DNA from: Eledone cirrhosa | Taxonomy: Eukaryota | Length of the DNA: 64,000 bases | NCBI GenBank assembly: GCA_964016885.1 | Contig: OZ024764.1 | Location: 8,928,001 to 8,992,000, forward strand | Reading direction: 5' to 3' | Part shown: piece after piece, positions 12,205 to 25,613 of the stretch | Layout of the letters: every line of letters starts with the position of its first letter | Position numbering within the stretch: position 1 is the first letter of the stretch | The notes under the pieces: model-generated | The model's input: only the letters and a program-made list of their open reading frames with translations | Database searches by the model: none | Told to the model about the DNA's origin: nothing | Translations under genes and position numbers: made by a program

Positions 12205-13727
12205 GGAGATAGGTGTAAAAGCCAAACTTGCTGTCTTCAATTCGGCATTTTTGCCAACCATTACCTATGGTCATGAATCAGGAAGAATACGATTATGAAT
12301 ACAAGCGGCCGAAATAGGATTCTTCTGAAGGGTCTTCAGAGTAACGTTACTTGATAAAGTACATAGCTCAGAGATCAGAGAATCACTCCAAATAGAGCCG
12401 CTACTTCTCTGAATTGAGAGATCACAGCTCCGGTACTACAGACATGTGGTTAGAATGTCTGAGGAAAAAATCTCTGAACTGAGAGATCACAGCTCTGATA
12501 CTACAGACATGTGGTTAGAATATCTCAGAAAAGAATCTCTGAATTGAGAGATCACAGCCCTGATACTACAGACATGTGGTTGGAATGTCCCAGGAAAGAA
12601 TCTCTGAATTGAGAGATCACAGCTCTGATACTACAGATATGTGGTTAGAATGTCTGAGGAAAGAATCTCTGAATTGAGAGATCACAGCTCTGATACTACA
12701 GACATGTGGTTAGAATGTCTGAGGAAAGAATCTGTGAATTGAGAGATCACAGCTCTGATACTACAGACATGTGGTTGGAATGTCTCTGCAAAGAATCTCT
12801 GAATTGAGAGATCACAGCTCTGATACGACAGACATGTGGTTAGAATGTCTCAGGAAAGAATCTCTGAATTGAGAGATCACAGCTCTGATACTACAGACAT
12901 GTGGTTAGAATGTCTCAGGAAAGAATCTCTGAATTGAGAGATCACAGCTCCGATACTACAGACATGTGGTTGGAATGACTCAGCAAAGAATCTCTGAATT
13001 GAGAGATCACAGCTCTGATACTACAGACATGTGGTTAGAATGTCTCTGCAAAGAATCTCTGAATTGAGAGATCACAGCTCTGATACTACAGACATGTGGT
13101 TAGAATGTCTCGGGAAAGAATCTCTGAATTGAGAGATCACAGCTCTGATACTACAGACATGTGGTTAGAATGTCTGAGGAAAGAATCTCTGAATTGAGAG
13201 ATCACAGCTCTGATACTACAGACATGTGGTTAGAATGTCTCAGGAAAGAATCTCTGAATTGAGAGATCACAGCTCTGATACTACAGACATGTGGTTAGAA
13301 TGTCTCAGGAAAGAATCTGTGAATTGAGAGATCACAGCTCTGATACTACAGACATGTGGTTAGAATGTCTCGGGAAAGAATCTGTGAATTGAGAGATCAC
13401 AGCTCTGATACTACAGACATGTGGTTAGAATGTCTCAGGAAAGAATCACTGAATTGAGAGATCACAGCTCCGATACTACAGACATGTGGTTAGAATGTCT
13501 CTGGAAAGAATTGCTGGACAGATTTTATGGGCAAAACTAACCGGTAGGAGAGCTAAGGGTAGACCCTGATCAAGATGGTTGGATAACATCCATGAGCTTG
13601 GCTGGTCTTACTTGGGGATCCAGCTGGATCAGTTGAAGACGGTTGCTTCTGACAGGACCTGCTGGAAGGAGTGTTTGAGGACTCTGCCCCCACCAACCCT
13701 CTCAGGAATAAGTGGGCGAAGAAGAAG
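12205..13727 (+). mobile_element. RTE LINE 3' fragment (family 2) with internal 65-bp array
   Basis: Degenerate FLPTITYGHES..IQAAEIGF..VTLLDKVHSSEIRESLQIEPLLL.IERSQLRYYRHVVRM..TGRRAKGRP..WLDNI; (GAA)n tail. Confidence 0.88.
12405..13512. repeat. 65-bp tandem array (~17 copies) derived from RTE ORF2
   Basis: GAATTGAGAGATCACAGCTCTGATACTACAGACATGTGGTTAGAATGTCTCAGGAAAGAATCTCT, period 65. Confidence 0.96.
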
Positions 13728-14196
13728 AGTTCAAATCCTGCCGAGGTTAACTTTGCCTTTCATCTTTATGGGGTCGATAAAATAACGTACCATTAATACA
13801 CTGGGTTGATTTAATCGACTTTCTTTTCCCCTCTCCCCAAATTGCTGGCCTTCTGCCTAAAAAAGAAACAATTATTATTATTTTGCGAATAAATTACAAA
13901 TAGGAAGAAAAGGGAGGGATATATATGGGGGAGGGGGGATTAGGGGGTTATAGTTTGGCCCTAAGGGTGGGATGGGAAGGAGAGGGGGTCAACTGGGGAC
14001 TAAAGCCAGTCTCTCACTACCCCACCACCATGCCCAACCCAAACCTTTTGATTCAGCAACATCATCATCATCATCATCACCACCATATAACGTCCTCTTT
14101 CCCTGCTAGCATGGGTTGGACAGGTCTACATAAACCAAGTCAGTACGGAAGCAGGGCCACAGTTAGTTTTTGTTGATTTTTATTATTATTATTTTT

Positions 14197-14420
14197 AGGG
14201 CAGTGGAGTGGCAGAATCGGGAGAGCATCGGACAAAATGCTTAGTAGTATAGAATTACGGCCCTTTACGTTCTGAGTTCAAAATCCGCCGAGGTTAAATT
14301 TCCCATTCATCCTTATGGGGTTGATAAAATAAAGTACCAGTAATAAACTGGGGTCTATTTAATTGACTGCCCCTTCCCTTCAAATTACTGGCCTTGTGCC
14401 AAATATAGAAACAATTATTT
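14197..14420 (+). mobile_element. tRNA-derived SINE (Meta-like core family)
   Basis: A-box-like TGGCAGAATCGG, B-box-like GAGTTCAAA, then the CATCCTTATGGGGTTGATAAA core. Confidence 0.75.
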
Positions 14421-14740
14421 TATTTTGTTTGTTGGGGAAAGTGGATTAGGGTTTCAGGGTCATCTTTAACCCCTATACAACATAACCATACATCTAATAG
14501 GGGATCCAGCCAGATCAGTTGGGGACAGTTTCTTTTGACAAACCCCACTGGAGGGAGTTTCTGAAGACTCTGACCGTATAACCCTCTCAGGAATAAGTGG
14601 GCAAAGAAGAAGAAGAAGAAGAAAGGGAAGACGATCATATTGACCCCAGTACATGGGTGGTATTTTATTTTATTTTATCATGCCCGAAAGGATGAAAGGC
14701 AAAGTTGACTTTGACGAGATTTAAACTCAGAATGTAAAGA

Positions 14741-14775
<35 letters not shown>

Positions 14776-15063
14776 ACGACGACGAATATATTACCTCTGA
14801 GGATGGCAAGCGGGATGTGCTGAAAGAGCCAGTCCACCTTGTGAGGTTCAGGGACCCAGGATATCAGACTTTTCCAATGCTACGGGGTTTGACAAGAAGA
14901 CATAGTCCAATTTACAGGGCTCGTTCTGGCAGAGGGCCATCTTCATCTTAACTCCAGGGTACACAATGAGGACAGTAGAGCAAGGAGAAGGGTTTGAGGG
15001 AAGTGAGTCGGGGACTGGGGTATGGAATGAGAGAGAGGAAGGAGAAAGACAAAATAGGAAAAG

Positions 15064-16108
<1,045 letters not shown>

Positions 16109-16200
16109 CAAGAGAGAGATACATACATGTATATGCATGTGTGTTGGTATGTATATACATTTGGTGATGATTTCAGTGGTGGTGGTCACGGTCGTTGGAC

Positions 16201-16304
16201 TCAGAATGGATTCAGTTTCGGTGGTTCTAGTTTCTCCATCACAGACTCCAGTAGGCTGTTGCCATTGATAAGTTTGGTGGTAGCAATTATATAGTCTGTA
16301 CCGC
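16201..16304 (-). CDS. VPS33A: VPS33A coding exon 16 (last)
   Basis: CAG acceptor; (G)[33 protein letters not shown], matching the VPS33A C-terminus GGTEYVIATTKLMNG. Confidence 0.93.
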
Positions 16305-16349
16305 CTGTGGTTAAGAGAGAGAGAGAGGTAAATAGAATTGAAAAGATAT

Positions 16350-16760
16350 ATCATCATCATCATCATCATCATCGTTTTACGTCCGTTCTTCCACGCTAGC
16401 ATGGGTTATGCGGGTTGTCCTGTTGGCTGACCTTGTCTTGCTCATACGGGAACTGATACTGGCTTGATTTCTACAGCTGGATGCCCTTCCTAACACCAAC
16501 CTCATTTACAGTGAGGGCTGGGTGCTTTTTCTTTCTGTGGCGCCTACACGACCACTTTACAGTGTGGGCTGGGTGCTTTTTTGCCGTGGCACCTCCACGA
16601 CCACTTTGCAGTGGAATGATAGGGACTGGGGTCCCTATCATCTAATTTCTACAGCTGAGTAAACTGGAGCAGCGTGAAATAAAGTGTCTTGCTCAAGGAA
16701 ACAACACACCACCCAGTCTGAGAATTGAACTCACAACCTTTCGATTGCAAGGCCAATGCT
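16350..16760 (-). mobile_element. tRNA/CORE SINE composite, 5'-truncated
   Basis: Same body as 10588-10884 but with the alternative CCCATGCTAGCGTGGAA tail. Confidence 0.85.
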
Positions 16761-17046
16761 CAGTTCAATACTCAGACCGGGTGATGTGTTGTTTCCTTGA
16801 GCAAGACACTTTATTTCACATTGCTCCAGTTTACTCAGCTGTAGAAATGAGATGATAGGGACTGGGGTCCCTATCATTCCACTGTGAAGTGGACGTGTAG
16901 GTGCCACGGCAAAAAAGCACCTAGCACTCACTGTAAATGAGGTTGGTGTTAGGAAGGGCATCCAGCTGTAGAAATCAAGCCAGAATCAGTTCCCGTCCCA
17001 CCCTTGCAAGCAGGGAAAAAGCGGACGTAAAATGAAATGATGATGA
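16761..17046 (+). mobile_element. tRNA/CORE SINE, 5'-truncated, fused head-to-head to the previous copy
   Basis: Begins at the B box (CAGTTCAATACTCAGACCGG) and ends in the RTE tail with GATGAT. Confidence 0.85.
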
Positions 17047-17138
17047 TATATATATATATATATATACATTATGAAGAGAGAAGAAACATTTAGATATAAT
17101 TAGTAATAAAATGTATCATACCTAAACTGCTCCTAAAT

Positions 17139-17226
17139 TCCTCGACTACGTAGTTTCGTGGCATAAACAAAAACAATATATCAAAGATATAGAGTCCTTG
17201 CGAGGTCTGCCGACTTATCAAGAGGA
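17139..17226 (-). ncRNA. Degenerate hammerhead ribozyme-like motif
   Basis: Minus strand: TCCTC-TTGATAA-GTCGGCA...TGCCAC-GAAA-CTACGTA-GTC-GAGGA; palindromic stem III and GUC site, first box mutated. Confidence 0.55.
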
Positions 17227-18250
17227 TACCTCATTTTACTAGTCTCAAGAACGCGTCTACACGACGTGAGAAAGAATCCCAAAAGGCGGAGGGGGAGATA
17301 GTCACGCGATATAACGGTCGAGAAACAGAGCTAAGCCTCTTATAACCACGAAGAAAATACCACGGAGGCGGAGGGGGTATTCATATCGAGGCCGCAGAAG
17401 AGGTAGTGAAGAAGGCGAGAAGTATGAGTAATGGAAGCTTTCCAGTTGTCCCCACACTTCAAAGATTGCTCGACCAGAGGGAGTTATTAATATATTTAGA
17501 AACACACAGATTATTACTAATTTTATTACTAATTTTGCACATTTTATTACTAATTATATCTAAATGTTTCTTCTCTCTTCATAATGTATTTTTAACTCTG
17601 ATACTGGTTCAGTCTAGTTCAACTGAATTGGTCTGTCCCAGTCATTCATTGAGCAACATCGGTGAAGTTGGCACCCTTAACTCACAGTTGGGTGCGGATG
17701 CATTCATGTATATATGTGTGTGTCCGCATGTATCTGTGTGTTTCTAAATATATATATATATATATATGTGTGTGTATGAATGAAGTAATTCCGTTGGAAA
17801 GGTCCAGGAAAAAAGAGTGCTCTACGTAGGTTACAGAGCTTATTAGTTATGTAATAAACAACATAAGATAATTATTTCATTTACCAGTGGCTTTTCAAAT
17901 CCAATGTCAATAAATACACCAGGATTTTTTCATTCTGATGATTGAAAGCAAAATTTGTTTGCTTTTAAGAAACCACTGGTAAATGAAATAATTGCCTTAT
18001 GTTGTTTAATACATAACTATATATATATATAAAACGGAGGAAGTTTGGTAAGGAACCAGATGGACCATAACGCACCAGAGTACTCAATACTTAGGGTAGT
18101 AGAGTGGGTAATAGGAGACGGCTATTTCCAGAAATAGCCGTCGAAACGGCTTGAGCTCTGCCGTCGGGGTTAAATATTTTCCGATAAATATATAATTATG
18201 TATGTTTATATATGTGATATAAAACCCCCCATAATATAACAGGTACTCAC

Positions 18251-18370
18251 CAACGTTGCCATCATCCTGCTGTGCGAGGAATCTGAGAGCAGCTATCTCA
18301 GCATAGGTGATGCCTCCGAGGAAGTAGACCAATGTCACCTTTTGGGAATGATTGGATGTCACAGATGTAC
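18251..18370 (-). CDS. VPS33A: VPS33A coding exon 15
   Basis: AG/GT bounded; [39 protein letters not shown] (Sec1-family [16 protein letters not shown] motif). Confidence 0.95.
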
Positions 18371-18536
18371 CTGGAAACACATGACACAAGATGGTGTGTG
18401 TCTAAATCTATAAAAACACTCTCAATATACACACACTCACACACACACACAAGATGGCTGATTGAATATACACATGTATTCCCACCCCCCACTTTCTCCG
18501 TTCCTTCTTCTCGTCCCACTTTTCTTTCTATCTCTA

Positions 18537-18572
18537 TCTTCTGATGAAGGACTAGTGTCCGAAACGTTAAGA
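18537..18572 (+). ncRNA. Minimal hammerhead ribozyme-like motif
   Basis: TCTT-CTGATGA-A-GGAC-TAGT-GTCC-GAAA-CG-TT-AAGA: intact boxes, 4-bp stems I and II, ACGT palindrome as stem III. Confidence 0.65.
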
Positions 18573-18904
18573 CTCTCTTCCTGTAATTTCAAGCATTAAA
18601 CTAATATATTTCTTTTATGAACTGTGTTGTTTGTTTTGTTATTTCTGTTTACTTTTTACATAATATTACATATATTGTATATATATGTAACTGGATAGAA
18701 ATGTTTAAAACCAGATAAAACTGGTCTAACAGGATAGAACCAGACCTGGTTACGACTGGATATAGCCGGTTCAAAACAGATAGGAACCAGTTGGTAGTTT
18801 GTTCCATGCTTCAGCAACTCTGAGCATAAATCAAACATATACATCCCTATTATGCTTAAACGCTGTCTTAATGAACAAACTACCTGCATCAGTTGTTAGC
18901 TGTC

Positions 18905-19423
18905 AAGTTCCAGCCGGTTTGAACAGAAAGAGATGAGAGAATTCTGGTCAGATCTGGTTGGTTTAAACACTAAAAGGTTAACAACAGTATGAGAGGCCAG
19001 TTTGAACAGAAAGAGGTGAGAGAATTCTGGTCAGATCTGGTTGGTTTAAACACTAAAAGGTTAACAACAGTATGAGAGGCCAGTTACAGCCCATATACAT
19101 CCCTATTATGCTTAAACGCTGTCTTAATGAACAAACTACCTGCATCAGTTGTTAGCTGTCAAGTTCCAGCCGGTTTGAACAGAAAGAGATGAGAGAATTC
19201 TGGTCAGATCTGGTTGGTTTAAACACTAAAAGGTTAACAACAGTATGAGAGGCCAGTTACAGCCAGTTTGAACAGAAAGAGGTGAGAGAATTCTGGTCAG
19301 ATCTGGTTGGTTTAAATACTAAAAGGTTAACAACAGTATGAGAGGCCAGTTACAGCCAGTTTGAACAGAAAGAGGTGAGAGAATTCTGGTCAGATGTGGC
19401 CGGTTTAAATGCTAAGGGGTTAA
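18905..19423. repeat. Tandem copies of the 3' end of the TTAA MITE, interleaved with a duplicated LINE fragment
   Basis: TTTGAACAGAAAGAG.TGAGAGAATTCTGGTCAGAT...AACACTAAAAGGTTAA repeated ~5 times. Confidence 0.8.
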
Positions 19424-19479
19424 TGTTGCTACTGCCCCTAAAAGAGCAGGAATAGTTGAAAGGAAACTTGTGTACTCAC

Positions 19480-19648
19480 GTCTCTTGCGTAGGGCTACAG
19501 GTATCTGTTGTACCTCCTCCACTGTACTACCTGGAAGTAGTTTAAGGACCTCGGTAATACTCCTCCAGCCAGGTTGTGCTAAATGTTGGGCCAGTCGGAT
19601 ACTGAGAGGAGCATACCCACTGTAGACGTGGGCAATATCTGTTGGGTT
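19480..19648 (-). CDS. VPS33A: VPS33A coding exon 14
   Basis: NPTDIAHVYSGYAPLSIRLAQHLAQPGWRSITEVLKLLPG...; AG/GT bounded, 169 nt. Confidence 0.96.
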
Positions 19649-19689
19649 CTGAAAATATAAAGATGAGGGCAGCGGAGTAAGTAGCAAGG

Positions 19690-20245
19690 TGGAAGGTTTT
19701 GAGGGTGATCTGGCTGCTATTTCTAGCATAGCAGGACGTAGGGTTTTGAGGGAGATTTTGCTGCTATTTCTAGCACAGCAAGATGTAGGATTTTGAAGGA
19801 GATCTGGCTGTTATTTCTAGCATAGTAAGATGTAAGGATTTGAGGGAGATCTGGCTGCTATTTCTTGCATTGCAAGCTGTAGGGTTTTGAAGGAGATCTG
19901 GCTGTTATTTCTAGCATAGTAAGATGTAAGGATTTGAGGGAGATCTGGCTGCTATTTCTTGCATAGCAAGCTGTAGGGTTTTGAAGGAGATCTGGCTGTT
20001 ATTTCTAGCATAGTAAGATGTAGGGATTTGAGGGAGATCTGGCTGCTATTTCTTGCATAGCAAGGTGTAGGATTTTGAAGGAGATCTGGCTGTTATTTCT
20101 AGCTTAGCAAGCTGTAGGGATTTGAGGGAGATCTGGCTGCTATTTCTAGCATAGCAAGGCATAGGGATTTGAGGGAGATCTGGCTGTTATTTCTAGCTTA
20201 GCAAGATGTAGGTATTTGAGGGAGATCTGGCTGCTATTTCTAGCT
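19690..20245. repeat. ~46-47-bp minisatellite (GAGGGAGATCTGGCTGCTATTTCTAGC core)
   Basis: About 12 copies with alternating variants; monomers also near 60640 and 61510. Confidence 0.92.
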
Positions 20246-20325
20246 TAACAAGATCCATACTGTGCCACACTAGCTCCCCCCAGTGCCATACTGTTCCACA
20301 TGAGCCCTCCCCAGTGCCATCTTAC

Positions 20326-20457
20326 CTGTTCATTAACATCATCAACAATAAGTCTGAGAGACTTCCTAATAGTCAGGTAAGTCTTTTGTCCCTGGGGCCG
20401 CAGGAGTCCTATCTTCTCCAGGTTCATCAGGGTGACGAGATGTTGGAAACCATACGT
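20326..20457 (-). CDS. VPS33A: VPS33A coding exon 13
   Basis: [44 protein letters not shown]; AG/GT bounded, 132 nt. Confidence 0.96.
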
Positions 20458-20666
20458 CTGCAATGAAGGTTGTAGAAGGTGGTGTATAAACACATATATA
20501 TATATATATCTATATATTAATTTCAACAATGTCAGTATTCCGTGTGTCATAATTCTCGATTATCATTGGTTCATAGGTTTCAAACGACTCCGCCCACCTC
20601 AAAGATGCCAAACTTAAATTAATATGCATAATGCCAATCAGGGAGTGAGAGGGGAGAGAGGCAAAA

Positions 20667-20721
<55 letters not shown>

Positions 20722-21258
20722 TAAATTCAGTGAGAATCGTATTTCAGCTGGTAGAAAAAGCGAAACGAAATGCAAAATCGTAGAAATGCTGGCAAGCGCT
20801 CCAATAGTTAAGAAAACTAGAGCTAAACAATATGTTAAAATGCCATACAGACTGAAAAAGTGGTCAAGAAGGCATTAACCACCTAAGCCAAAACACAAAT
20901 CAAGCTAAACAGGTCAAACAAAATAAATGATATAAACAGACCTGGACCCAAATGGAATTGGTGGCAAAATCCAAATGCAGGGTTTCTATGACACCTAAAT
21001 CAATAATACTGTCTGCTTAAAACTATAAGCTTTCAGCATATATATATATATATATAATGTATAAAAATCAATACAATATAATACATTTTATACATTAAAT
21101 TTTGCTCTGATACTTACATAGAGCACTCTTCACTTCTATGACCTTTTCTGTTTTCAACGGAAATTTCAATACCTATATATATATATATATATATATGTAG
21201 ATAAATCTACCAAGAGTTTACGGTAGTGTCCAATCCGTATGAATATTATATATTATAT

Positions 21259-21406
21259 ATTATTTCTGAAGACGGCGTATATATGTGTTGGTATGTATAT
21301 TTAATCTTGATAGTTTGTATAATTTTGTATAATTTTGTACATAGATCTGTTGAATATGCATGCCAATTCTAACACATATATATCCTAGAAACGATCGTTA
21401 AATAAT
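21259..21406 (+). ncRNA. Hammerhead ribozyme-like motif with very long stem II
   Basis: ATTATTT-CTGAAGA-[~115-nt imperfect hairpin]-GAAA-CGATCG-TT-AAATAAT; 7-bp stem I and ACGATCGT palindrome. Confidence 0.65.
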
Positions 21407-21490
21407 GAACTTTTTTTGTTTAATATAAGGAACTGTCTCATTGTTTATTCATTATTTGTTTAATATTTTATATATATATATATATATATA

Positions 21491-21678
21491 TAGGAACGAA
21501 GGACCCCAATGGCTGAGGTCAAGTCGTTTCGACGGCTAATCTGGACAGTATTAGCCGCCGAAACGGCTTGAGCTCAGCCGTCGGGGTCCTACTCGTTCCT
21601 ATTACCCACTCTACTACCCTAAGTATTGAGTACTTTGGGGCGTTATGGTCCACCTGGTTCCTTACCCCATTTCCTTTG

Positions 21679-21682
<4 letters not shown>
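21491..21682. mobile_element. (TA)n-embedded fold-back element
   Basis: ~110-bp palindrome plus a conserved ~80-bp tail; relatives at 18030-18180, 54020-54140, 62290-62470 and 62487-62680. Confidence 0.8.
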
Positions 21683-21727
<45 letters not shown>

Positions 21728-21904
21728 AAAGGTAAACAGAAATAACAACACAATCGGTACAGTATATGGAAGGGATATATTAGGTTAATGCTCGGCGGGA
21801 TTTGAACTCAGATCATAAAGGACCGTAACTCTTTGCTGCAAAGCATGGCGTCCGACCCTCTACCGATACTGCCAATCCACCGTCCAACCAATAATTTATA
21901 TATA

Positions 21905-22195
21905 ATAAACACACAGCACACAAAAACAAGATGATGCAGGACAGAACAAAGGAGAGACACAAAATAAAAACCTAGTCACTGAGGAGGTCACAGAATGTGT
22001 GACGAAAGAGCTTCGACAATATATAAACAACCTTCCAGTTATCGAACCAACCAACCAACCAACCAGAAATTTATAATAAATTGAAGTGAAAACCAACTGG
22101 TGCATGTGTTTCTTATTGGCAACATGACCCTCCCAAAGTATAACAATATCTGTTTTAACACACATTTTCAGATAAGAAATATTGCAAAACAAATA
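21905..22195 (+). mobile_element. Short interspersed element carrying a hammerhead-like motif (21975-22017)
   Basis: GTCA-CTGAGGA-GGTCACAGAATGTGTGAC-GAAA-GAGCTTC-GAC; an interrupted inverted copy lies at ~9260-11000. Confidence 0.65.
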
Positions 22196-22276
22196 AAAAA
22201 AAAAAACGAAATAATATACATATATACTATGTATAAATAAATATTATTTATTTTTTATTTTACTATATTTATATAT

Positions 22277-22467
22277 AATTGTTTCTACTTTAGGCACAAG
22301 GCCAGCAATTACCCAGTACATTACTGGTACTTTATTTTATCGACCCCCGTAAGGATGAAAGGCAAAGTCAACCTCGGCGAGATTTGAATTCAGATCGTAA
22401 AGGGACGTAACTATGCTCGAAAGCATGGCGTCCGACTCTCCACCGATACTGCCAATCCACCGCCGCC
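22277..22467 (-). mobile_element. tRNA-derived SINE (Meta-like core family)
   Basis: Full-length match to 52268-52460 on the opposite strand. Confidence 0.8.
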
Positions 22468-22795
22468 ATTTTATATTTATATATAATATGTATCATTTGA
22501 CATTTAATATACTATTATATCATATTTTCCGCCTGCCCCCTTAGGCCCCAGCACCCACTGGACCTTCTCAATGCCCCTGGGGGGGGGGGGGGGGTAGCAC
22601 CCACTTTGAGAACCTATGGTTTAGACTCTGTTCTTCTCTCCCCCACTCTCAGTTCGATATGAGGTTATATTTTAACCCCAATTTTTACTACACATACAGT
22701 ATCCAGCTGTCTATGGCCACCCTTCATGCTGAGAATTCTATAATTTTACAAAAATATATATATACTGGTGTATAGTAAAATAGTAGCCCCCTTAC

Positions 22796-22882
22796 CTGGA
22801 TAATCTCTCGTTTGTAGAAGTCCAGAACTTTCTGTTTGAGACCATTGTTGCAGTAGACCTGGATACAGATGAGTCGCAGTAC
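22796..22882 (-). CDS. VPS33A: VPS33A coding exon 12
   Basis: [29 protein letters not shown]; AG/GT bounded, 87 nt. Confidence 0.96.
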
Positions 22883-23190
22883 CTGAGGGGGTGGGGGAAG
22901 ACACAGAGAGAATACAACAGTAAAGAAGAGTGTGGTGGTGGTGGTGTGGATAGAATGAGAAGGAGTGAAGGAGAGAGAGTCATATATATATATTGTATAT
23001 ATATATATATAGGATATAAGAGAACAAAACCTGCTGAAGATAGAAACACCAGTTCCATCATAGGGATACACACGAGTTTCATGTGCATTATACAACTTGT
23101 ACAGAAACCTATCGAAGATTTTTATCAATTTATATTGATTCTAATCAACTTAAGATGGTCCAGGTTAGTCTTCAGCATGCTTGTATTTAT

Positions 23191-23260
<70 letters not shown>

Positions 23261-23490
23261 CCCATGCTAGTGTGGAAAATGGGCGTTAAACGAAGATGAT
23301 GATGATGTTGCTGAAGATATGTGTGTGTGTGTTCTGAGGAGGTTGTTTTGGTAAAAACCGAAGCAAGCAGGAGAAAGCTCTCAAGACTTGTAGTTTGTAG
23401 TGCGTCCAGCAGACATAATATGTCTGCTGGACGCACGAGCAGAAGGACGTGTGTTTTTTTTCCTGCCGGCAGCATATCACAAAATTGAAT

Positions 23491-23580
23491 TTCATCTGAG
23501 GATACCGTTCTCATAACAACAACAAATGCATGAATTACATCTTGATAGGGTGGGAGAACCGTTAAAATAATTATAATGAA
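23491..23580 (+). ncRNA. Degenerate hammerhead ribozyme-like motif
   Basis: TTCAT-CTGAGGA-TACCGTTCTC...GAGAACCGTT-AAAA-TAATTAT-A-ATGAA, overlapping AATAAA; GAAA box mutated to AAAA. Confidence 0.5.
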
Positions 23581-23620
23581 TAAATGATTTTTGTAACAGC
23601 AGCATCTTTATTAATGTTAT

Positions 23621-23654
<34 letters not shown>

Positions 23655-23940
23655 GTAATAATAATAAATGTGAAGACTAAAATCCAAAGAGGGCTCGATA
23701 AGGATAAATATATATCAAATATATAAGAACAGTAGATCAAATATTTATTAAAATAACAGATTAAAGTTTAAGCAAAGAATCGCTGCTGTCACCCTTAACG
23801 GGATCTTCTGAAACTCTGAGTTTCAGAAGATCCCGTTAAGGGTGAAAGCAACGATTCTTTGCTTAAACTTTAATCTGTTATTTTAATAAATATATATATA
23901 TATATATATATAAAGAAATAGAGATTGCGAGATAGTTTAC

Positions 23941-24020
23941 CTTAAGTAGGGGCACCACTCTTGCAATACAGTCCTCAATAAAGGGGTTTGGTTTGTCAGT
24001 GTCAACTCCGTTGATAAAAT
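23941..24020 (-). CDS. VPS33A: VPS33A coding exon 11
   Basis: (D)FINGVDTDKPNPFIEDCIARVVPLLK; AG/GT bounded, 80 nt. Confidence 0.95.
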
Positions 24021-25220
24021 CTACAACACACAACATGGAAGACAATAACACACAGCAGAAGATGGTGTTATGTAAATTCATAAGTCTACAACCTACATTG
24101 TAAGTGATGCTGTGACAGTCATCCATGCCTAATCTAACTTTAACCTACCTGCCAAGTGCATATAAGATTGGCTTGATCTCTACAGCTGGATGCCCTTCCT
24201 AACGCCAACCTCATTTACAGTGAGTGCTGGGTGCTTTTTTACCGTAACACCTACACGTCCACTTTACAGTGGGAGAGTGTGGGGGCATATTGTCTATATG
24301 CTTCAGCTTCGGCTTGTACCTGTGGGAAGTCAGGTCTTCTGTATTACTTCGTAACACCAGAAGTCTCGGTCCTGTGTAATCGCCTTCGAGAGGTGCAATT
24401 GGGCAAGGTCAGCTTTTATACATTGACTAACCAGCTACATGGTATAGTTCAGTGGTTCCCAACATTTTTGTGCAACATTTCAAAAATTGACATGACAACT
24501 TCCCTAGTATTGATGGTCTACATGAAATATGCACCCAGTACACTCCGTAAAGTGGTTGGCGATAGGAAGGGCATTCAGCTGTAGAAAGCTTGACCCAAAC
24601 AAAGGGTAGGAGGACCCTTCAGTCATGTCAAGGACATGACAACTGCTCTAGTGTTGTTGATCTACACCAGAGGATCTCTAATTTGTGGGCCACCCCCCTC
24701 ACGTCCATGCAAAACCCCCAGCGCCCCCAGCCCTATTACCAGAGAGACCTGCCTACACGCAAATTGTAAATAATATATAAGAAATAAAATTGTTAATTTA
24801 TATATAATAAATAATATAATATATACTATGTATAAATAAATATACATTTTTTATATTTCACTATATTTATATATAATTGTTTCTCCTTTTGGCACAAGGC
24901 CAACAATTATCCCAGTGTATTACTGGTACATTATTTTATCGACCCCGTAAGGATGAAAAGCAAAGTTAATCTCTACTATATTTATAAATATAATATATCA
25001 TTTGATATTTAATATACTATCATATCATCTCTATCGCTCCACCACCACCCCTGGGCCTTCTCAACACCCCCCCCTGGGGGTGGTAGCACCCACTTAGAGA
25101 ACCGCTGATCTACACAATAAACACACCCAGTACACTTTGTAAAGTGGTTAGTAACAGGAAGGACATCAAGCCATATAAAGGGTGTAACCATTATGTAGAC
25201 CAGCAGACTGAGCCACTTAC

Positions 25221-25295
25221 CGTTTTCTGTTCTGTGGCAATCAATAAAGTCATCTGTGCTAATTGCTGTTTTAATTAGTTCCACAATTGAAAGAT
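25221..25295 (-). CDS. VPS33A: VPS33A coding exon 10
   Basis: (H)LSIVELIKTAISTDDFIDCHRTEN; AG/GT bounded, 75 nt, phase-compatible with both neighbours. Confidence 0.93.
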
Positions 25296-25327
25296 CTGAA
25301 ATATATATTTAAGAATATTGTTTACTT

Positions 25328-25552
25328 GAGAGAAGATTACGTTGGTATGGTCAAGTGATGCGCATGAAAGACGACAACTGTAAAAAAAAGTGCAGGGTGA
25401 TCAAAATTGATGGAAGTTACGGAGTAGTAGACCCAGAAAATAAAATCTGACATTGCACACTTACACCTCTCTAAGACAATGTCACAGGATTGAGACCTTT
25501 GGCACCATGCAGTAATGCAGAAGACCCGCCTTCCCTACGTGCAAAGTTAACC
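25328..25552 (+). mobile_element. RTE LINE 3' fragment (degenerate)
   Basis: ERRLRWYGQVMRMKDDNCKKKCRVIKIDG. Confidence 0.8.
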
Positions 25553-25613
25553 TAGTCAGTAGGCCTCTCCCAACCAAATACACACCCCAACGCACTACCC
25601 CTACTCCATCCTT

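Noticed and set aside
14791-14990. Possible extra exon (MKMALCQNEPCKLDYVFLSNP, GT donor near 14794)
   Set aside because: In-frame stop, no clear acceptor and no similarity to VPS33A, whose stop lies upstream at 16201; more likely 3' UTR or intergenic.
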